Positions 57,201 through 64,000 of a DNA stretch of 64,000 nucleotides are shown here, piece by piece; position 1 is the first letter of the stretch, and each line of letters opens with the position of its first letter. The position numbers and the translations under genes are program-made. The notes beneath the pieces are model-generated. The model did not search any database. It had not been told where the DNA came from and saw only the letters and a list, made by a program, of their open reading frames with translations. Source of the DNA: an uncultured virus (IMG/VR IMGVR_UViG_2916515220_000006) (lineage: Duplodnaviria > Heunggongvirae > Uroviricota > Caudoviricetes); IMG/VR virus record IMGVR_UViG_2916515220_000006. One strand, 5' to 3'.

Positions 57201-60200
57201 AATGGACGAGAGCGTCGCCGCTCTCGAAGCCGAACCACCCGGCAACCTCATCAGGGTCCATACCGCCTTCGTTGGCATAGAGCGTGAAACGGCCCCTTGG
57301 CAGGGTTTTCAAAACACCTTCCCCGTAACGGTCGACGAGCATCTGTCGATCAAGGCGCATGTCCGGCAGGCCGTCGGGAGTTTCGCCGCCCAGCCAGCGG
57401 CGATTGCCGAGCCATTCCCACGCACGATAGACCGGCGTGCGGTTGATCTGTTCCGCGACCTCGTCACGAACCTTGCCCTTCTCCTCCTTGAACCAGCGTT
57501 CAGTCTCACGCTTTATCGGCGCCATGATCTCCTGACGCAGCTTTTCGTTGGCAGCATCGACGGACTGGTCGTGCAGCTTCACCAACTGGCGATAGTCATT
57601 TGGCGACAGGCCTGCGGCATCCGCAGCGGCGAAGAGCATATCGTCAGACAGATCGGACCGGGCGGCCTGAATTTCTTCATCAGTCGCCAGCATCCGGTCA
57701 AAGACCGTCCTGATTTCCGGCGAGATGCTTACGTTCAAGCCACGGAGCGTTTTGTAAAGGCGCATCAGCCATTGAGCGAACCGTTCGAAGGCGGATCGAA
57801 GTTCGATAGACGGCGCCTTGCCTTCCATCACATAGGCTTCGAAGCCACGGGCAAACTGTTCATGCATGCCCACCTCGACCGCCCGGTCGATAGCCGCGTC
57901 ACCGGACGTGCCATGCTGGATGACATCGCTCACGTTCTGAGCCGAGACTTTCAGGCCAGTCGCCAACGTGGCGTCGGTAGCGACCGCTTCCGCATTGTCG
58001 CCCCACCATGTCCGTACGGCGTCATGCATCTCCTGAATGTCCGGTCCCATCGTCCGCAGGTCTTCCAGCGTGAAGAGGAAGTAGTGAGCGGATTCGTGGA
58101 TGGTCGTGGACAGGTCAGCGCTTTCGAAGAGGCTGATGATGACCGAGCTTTCGGAAGCGCCAGCCAAAGGCAACTGGATAGAACCACGCCTCTGGCCATC
58201 CCCTTGTTGAAAATACTGGCGAATGCGCGGAGGGATTCCGAGGGAGCCGTAGCCATCGCGCTCATCGCTTACAAAGGATGAAAGGCCTTCCATGTCGGCC
58301 TGCGCGATTGACATCGACTTACCGTCGTAAACAAGAGATGGCGCGCGCTCCATCAGTTCTTGCCACTCACCATCATTGCCTTTGATGCTATCGAAGTATT
58401 CGACCTCTTTCTTGGTCAGCACTAGCGACGCGCTTTTGCCGTCGGTGGCCCAGATAAGTTTTTCTTTCCGGGCGCCGCTCTGAAACAGAGTCTTGGAGTT
58501 TGCCGGAACATCGGTTATTGTCACCTCATTCCCGCCATCGTTTCGGACGTTGGGACTGATGGTTTTAGCAATGCTAGAATAGTCACTCGTGGCGGGATAT
58601 TTTCTCATCGAAACAGCTGCCAGCGCCTTGCGACCACGTCGAGCCTCTTCGATGTAGAGCGTCGTGCCGTCGTCGAGCTTCTTCAGGTAGCCCACAAGCT
58701 CCTCTCCCCGGCGGCCTTTGGCACCGGTGACAATCTTGTCAGCCGAAGCAATCATATCGGGAATACCAACTAGATCCTCTTCGGTGATAGGCACCATGCC
58801 GCGCGCGGTTTCCTTGCCCGCATCGCCGTGGTTTTTCAGGATGTGGCGGATTGCCGAACTGTCGATCGTATGGCGATAGCCGTGAATATCGAGACCAGTC
58901 TGCTGCTCGACGATATCTGCGATAGCATCCGATACCTGCGCAATCTCAACCACCTGAGATTCGCCACGCGGCGCAGTTTGCGAGAAAGACACCAGATCGG
59001 TAAGTGACTGGCGCAGCTTCGCCAGCTTCTGCCGCAGCGTCGCCTGGCCGAACGTCCTCCCATTCTCGGCTTCTGCTTTCTCCAGCGCTGCACGAATGAC
59101 GTCGTCAGCGTCATCGAGCGTGACGCCCAATTCGTTCAGATACGCGACATTGCGTTCCATCGTCGCGGCGCGTTCATCGATCTGGGCTTCGCCCGCATAC
59201 TGGACGTTGCCCCGAAGCTCTTCATCGATCGCCTCCAAAAGGGCTTTGCCGATGTCCGGAACTTCAGTGCCGTTTTCCAGCGCAGCGCGGTATTCAATCG
59301 CGACGGGGTTGTCCTGCAAGTAACCAGCATCAAGCATAGCCTGAGCGACATCATCAATGCCGTGCTTTTTGCCATCCGCACCGCCGAACATATCCTTGAC
59401 GCCATCGACGATACCCCCGCGCGCAAGGCGCAGCGTCTTTTTGCCCTTGCCGCGTTTGATGACTGCAGCGTCACGGGATTTCAGTTCCCCGCCGACGTCA
59501 TTGATACCGCCGTACTCGGAAATGGCTTCCAGCAACGAAGGACCATTGTTGACGGTCTTCGGGATGTAGGAGCGCATTTCCGCAAGCTGGCGCGTCAGCT
59601 GGTCGACGTTCTTCGGCTGAAGACCTTCAGGGACGGCCCCGCGCACCAGCGGCAGCGGGTTCCGCTGGGCAAACTCTTCCTGCGTCATGCCCGAGCGTGC
59701 AGCCATGGTCCTGCGCATCGCGATCAACGGCATGGCCTCGAAACGGGCAACATCTGTGGAACGGCCGGCAGCGCGGAGACGGCCAATCATCTCGTCCAGT
59801 TCCTGCACGTCAAGCGACCGCTCGCTTTCATCAGCGATCCGGGCAGCTTCCGATTCCTCGAAGGCTTCCATCTGGATTTCAGAAGCCCGAGCGTTGAATT
59901 CCTGCGCTTCAGCAAACGTCATCGCATCCGGCGAAAACCGCATGTTCTCGCGAAGGAAGACATCGAAATCAGAACCGGCGAGCTTTGCCGCATAGGTGGC
60001 GGTCGGAATGCGGATGTCGCCGCCCGTTGCAAGAGCAGTGTCCCAATCAGCAACATCGACACCGGGGAGCTCGCCAAGGAACTCCGAGGGGTCGTAGCGG
60101 TAGCTCTGGAAGAGTTCCTGCATCTTCTCCGCGGGAACGAACACATCCTGAATTGGAGTGCCTTCTGTCGCCTTGCCCACGAAGTCCATGAACGAGCCGT

Positions 60201-61551
60201 CGAGACGCTGGCGGAGCTTCGATACTGAGGCTTTGTCGCCAAGCTCGTCGATCAAGCCTTTCGCTTCTTCGGCGCCGCGTGAGGATGAGCGGTCTTTCAC
60301 AAACTTCCGACCAGCCATACCCATGTCAAACGGCGTGGACGCTATTTCCGCCAAACCTTCTGCGATGATTTCATTCCAGTCGATCTCCTGACCGGCCGCT
60401 TTTCTTGCGGCATACTCGCCCAACGAGCCGTTTACGGCTTGCTGAGCCGACTGCGCTAAGGCTTCAGCAATGGGATTTCTCGATAACGCCTTACCGGCAA
60501 GGCCAAATGAAAGCGCGTCAAATGCCGAGATGACGGCGCCTCTGATCACACCCCTGTCATTAGCCTCTTTCAGCAGCGACGGGTCAGACAGGAGTTTTTC
60601 AATGCCTTCAGCCTTTCCAAGGTCAACGCCTTTTTCAGCCAAAAAATCAGACGGAGCCGTGTAGCGTTCGGTTGCGTAGCTAGCGCTCATGCCAACTGCG
60701 CGTCCCAAGGTGGGATTTTTTGTCGCCGACGTTACCGCGATACCCAAACCAACTTGAGGAGCGAATTCCCCCATCGTCTCCATCGCCCAAGAAAGTACGC
60801 CAAGCGGGTTTTCCAAGAACGCCGAGCCGACATTCTGGACAACGGCGCCCAAAGAAGAGGAAGCCTCGTCTTTGAACATGCTCGTTTCGGCCTGCGTCGC
60901 GAGCCCCGATTTCGGAGTTGATTTCAACGCCGCCACGTTCGCCGCAAGTGCGCCGGCGTATTCCCGCGCTGCGCCTTCGTCGTCCGTGCCAATCAGGTCC
61001 GCATAACGCGCATCGATGTACCTTGCGGATGCAGAGACGATATCACTCAAGTTGATCCACGGGCGCACGTTACCAGCAGGCGTTTGGATGGTTTCGCGTT
61101 CGCTATCCAGTATCTCACCGAACGACATTTCCCGATCCTGCGCGCGGCCGGCGGTCTGGTTCAGCATGTACTGATTACGCATCTGATCCAGCCTATAGAC
61201 GGATCGAGCCAAAGTGTTACGCGCGCCCCTTGCGGCACCTTCAAACCAAGACATATTTTCAACATCGTCCCAAGATGCTCGGGCGTTGTCGGCATCTTTC
61301 AGCCACTGAGCAGTACGCGGTGATCCTTTGAGAATGGAGGTGTTCCGGAGGCTGTCCATGCGAGTTTGCAGCATGTCCCTGCCAGCATTCGCCAGATCCG
61401 CGCTAAGTCCAAACGCCTTCCCCAACTTGACGTCCGATGCGAATGCATCCGGGTCCACCTTGCGAGCATTGTTCAGGATGAAGTCTGTGGCGCCGACGCT
61501 TGCAGCTTCCTGCTTCGTCTTCCAGGCGTCGTATTCCTCTAAGGTCGGCAT
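54242..61551 (-). CDS. Giant (~2400 aa) internal virion/polyvalent protein with PBECR-like nuclease and zincin metallopeptidase (frameshift at 56209-56214)
   Basis: The 1801-aa and 637-aa ORFs join if one G is added. IDSSAIRHILKNHG..PITEEDLVGIPDMI..YIEE..AVSMRK (PBECR3-like); ADLSTTIHESAHYF..HEQFARGFEAY (HExxH plus E); GGYYPLKYD. Confidence 0.75.
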
Positions 61552-61622
61552 CTGCGCTCCGTGAAATAATCTCGACAAAAAGCGGACAATCTGTTTGTCT
61601 GGCCCAAATATTGGGGGCCAGC

Positions 61623-61928
61623 ATGTTAGAATTGACGCTATCTTTCGGGGTTGGGCTGCTGATCGCGGCGCTAATCGCTCAACAACTGCGCGATCGGCGT
61701 CCTACAGTTTCCGTGCTTGCCTCGATCATCGTTGCACTGATCGTGACTGTTATCGTTTGCGGCATCGGCATCGGTCTCGCTAACTTTGGCGTGACCTTCT
61801 TGTCTTCGAGTGCATCAGCCCCCGGCCCAGCTATGGCGTGGGTGTTGGAGACTGGAGGCGAGTTATGGATTACCGCATTGTTAGGTGCTGCGGCCGGCAG
61901 CCTGCTTGGCCGGCGTCGCGCCAATTGA
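61623..61928 (+). CDS. Moron membrane protein (3 TM)
   Basis: 101 aa, highly hydrophobic, antisense to the virion operon. Confidence 0.65.
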   Translation: MLELTLSFGVGLLIAALIAQQLRDRRPTVSVLASIIVALIVTVIVCGIGIGLANFGVTFLSSSASAPGPAMAWVLETGGELWITALLGAAAGSLLGRRRAN

Positions 61929-62182
61929 GCCAACAAGTCAAATCTCTTGCCGTTGTTGCCGTGGCTGTCATCCCTGCCATCGTTACAGCGTTGTTGATCG
62001 CCTACTTTGATGACTGGCGATACAGGACGGGAACCTTTGAAATCCCCGTCCTAGTGTTCGTTCTGATGATTGCCTTGCTTGCTAAAAACAAACGCGCAAT
62101 CAGAATGGTGCTCATATGGTTCTCGATGTGCGTTGGGCTCCCCGCCGCGCTCATCCTTGCCTCAAAGCTTGTGTTTGCTTAA
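61925..62182 (+). CDS. Moron membrane protein (3 TM)
   Basis: TTG start overlaps the previous stop (TTGA); three hydrophobic segments. Confidence 0.55.
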   Translation: MSQQVKSLAVVAVAVIPAIVTALLIAYFDDWRYRTGTFEIPVLVFVLMIALLAKNKRAIRMVLIWFSMCVGLPAALILASKLVFA

Positions 62183-64000
62183 CGCCCGAGCAGGAACCGC
62201 GCATACTCATCGCTGATTTCTTCCTGCGAAGGCTTCCTTCCGGTCGATGATTGCAAATCCGACTTAATCCGCTCGCGCAGATCGACCGGAATATCACCGT
62301 AAGGAATTCGAACCTCGAAGGCCGTTCCATCCTCGCGCGTTGCCGCTTCGAACAGAAATTTGCCGCCCTCTTCGCTTGTTCCCCAGATCAATCCCGGCTT
62401 CTGAAAAACGACCGGCAACAGAAGTTCGTTGATCAGGTTCTGCGTTTCGGAAAAGGACGGCGCTTTACCGGCATTGTCTTTCCGGAAGTCGTCTATCCTC
62501 AGTTTAAGCTCACTCTGGAAGCGCCCGATACGCCGTTCCATTTCAGCCCTGTCTTCGGTCTTCTCGCTCTTGATGCCCGTTGTCGTGATGCCTGCGGAGT
62601 TCAAGGCTTGCTCAGCCTGTTTGAAGGCGCCGGAGTAGAGGGAGCCGTCTTGCTGGGCTTTTCGCTGGTCCGTCAGCGCCGTCTGCCGCCAGCCGGTAAC
62701 GGCTTGCCAGTCGGAGTTATCCAGCTTGTCGCGGTACTGGAAGAGATCCGTCTGCGCAAATGCTGTCGGGTTCTCCGCATACTGCGTTTGAAGCTCGTAG
62801 AGCACCCGATAGTCGGTTGTCGGCTGCCCCTGAGTGCGGACCTTTTCTTGATAGTTCATCAGCGTCGTCATGCCGCTGGCCCCGAGTGTCTGCTGGACAT
62901 CGATCGGGATTTGCGTGAGATCCATGGTCGGGTTCGAAATAACCTGCGTTTCCGCCCAGGATTGGACCTGTTCTTTCTGCGCGTCCATCAGCTTCTTGCG
63001 CTGCGTCAGCTGAGCATCCACCGCCTTGCGCGTCGCTTCCCGCTCTTCGGGGTCGGTGATTTTGTTCAACTGATCATAAATGTGGGCGATGCCCTGCGGC
63101 GAATAGTTCGGCAGGCTGGCCGTATTTTCGTTCACGCCGCCGGCAGTGCGGAAACCGAGCAGGTCGTTTGCTGAATAGGTCGATTCCTTCACGCTGTTGG
63201 ACTGGTTGCCGCCGACGACCTTGATGTTCCCGTTGCCATCAAAGCCCTGAAAGAAACCCACATGGCCTTGTTCGCCGGTTCCACGCTTGAGAACCACGAT
63301 GTCACCCGGTCGCGGGTTATCCGTCGGCATCCCGAAACTCAGGAAGGAGCGGGCATTGAGTTTTCCCGTGCCTTCAATGCCCTGCGTTGCCAAAACAGCG
63401 TTGACGAAAGCCGCACACCACGGCGTCACGCGCGGGTCGATTGATATCCCCGCAGAGTTCTTGATGAAGGAGGATATCGCCTTCGCATCGGTGCGCTCAT
63501 TGAGGCCAGACAGGGAGCCGAGAACAGTTCCGAGCTTTCCCCCGATAGCCGGAAGGGCACGACGCTCGACAGCATCCGGCCTCTCCGGCCCATCCAACCG
63601 TTCCGGCCCGTCGTACCTTTGAACCGGAGCACCAGAAAGCAGCGCCTGGGTGTTCTGGTTTGCTTTCGCGGCCAGCACCGGAGCCTTCATCGCCTCGTCA
63701 AGGGTGAGCTTGTCACCTGCCGAAAGACGATCGGCATACTTGTCCATATAGCCTTTCGCCTGAAGGACGCCACTTTCACCCTTTGCCGCGAGCGTCAGGA
63801 CCATCTTTTTCGTCGTGTCAGAAAGAAACTCTCGTTCCTTCATGTCAATTGCTTCAGGCGGCAAGCCTTGTTTCCGATAGACCTCCCTCAATTCCAGCAG
63901 GGCGGCAGCCGTGTATTTGTCTGCCATTGCCTGATCGGTGGGATTCCGCAGAGCTTCGTTCTGGAGGTTGCTCGCCCCGGCAACACCTTCCTGCACCACA
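62179..64000 (-). CDS. Internal virion (ejection) protein with TIGR02594/NlpC-P60-like peptidoglycan hydrolase domain (5' end beyond window)
   Basis: TPWCAAFVNAVL..NARSFLSFG..PRPGDIVVLKRG..GHVGFF..VVGGNQSNSV Cys-His motif set within a helical protein. Confidence 0.8.
   Translation of the reverse strand, partial: VVQEGVAGASNLQNEALRNPTDQAMADKYTAAALLELREVYRKQGLPPEAIDMKEREFLSDTTKKMVLTLAAKGESGVLQAKGYMDKYADRLSAGDKLTLDEAMKAPVLAAKANQNTQALLSGAPVQRYDGPERLDGPERPDAVERRALPAIGGKLGTVLGSLSGLNERTDAKAISSFIKNSAGISIDPRVTPWCAAFVNAVLATQGIEGTGKLNARSFLSFGMPTDNPRPGDIVVLKRGTGEQGHVGFFQGFDGNGNIKVVGGNQSNSVKESTYSANDLLGFRTAGGVNENTASLPNYSPQGIAHIYDQLNKITDPEEREATRKAVDAQLTQRKKLMDAQKEQVQSWAETQVISNPTMDLTQIPIDVQQTLGASGMTTLMNYQEKVRTQGQPTTDYRVLYELQTQYAENPTAFAQTDLFQYRDKLDNSDWQAVTGWRQTALTDQRKAQQDGSLYSGAFKQAEQALNSAGITTTGIKSEKTEDRAEMERRIGRFQSELKLRIDDFRKDNAGKAPSFSETQNLINELLLPVVFQKPGLIWGTSEEGGKFLFEAATREDGTAFEVRIPYGDIPVDLRERIKSDLQSSTGRKPSQEEISDEYARFLLGR

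Larger units (their letters stand above)
47130..64000. mobile_element. Prophage 2 (partial), podovirus-like
   Basis: Lysis cassette, T7-gp17-like tail fibre N-terminus and giant internal virion proteins; starts at the tRNA fragment. Confidence 0.85.

Overview
The window looks like Rhizobiaceae (Agrobacterium/Rhizobium-type) DNA, inferred from high GC, an alphaproteobacterial LexA box and the gene content. It has three parts. (1) A chromosomal gene for a 1714-aa octapeptide-repeat protein (1-5145). (2) A complete ~42 kb temperate prophage (5184-47129), bounded by identical 47-bp direct repeats that are the 3' part of tRNA-Gly(CCC). It has a lambda-like cos, terminase and portal, a Mu-like capsid, a P2-like contractile tail, a CI/Cro/CII switch, a NusG-paralog late regulator, an integrase and a LexA-boxed cassette at its left edge. 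(3) The left part of a second, podovirus-like prophage integrated in tandem at the same tRNA site (47130 to beyond 64000), carrying a lysis cassette, tail fibre and giant polyvalent internal virion protein. The most unusual element is a ~207-bp non-coding array of eight abutting 25-28-bp palindromes (47662-47868). Each has a different core but shares one of two outer-arm types. The array starts at the stop codon of a thermonuclease gene and ends at a terminator. A palindrome of similar size is embedded in-frame in an HTH-methyltransferase gene of the neighbouring prophage (36195-36221). At least eight apparent frameshifts are all single-base losses in G/C runs and are probably sequencing artefacts. 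Product calls come from motif recognition and synteny, not database searches.
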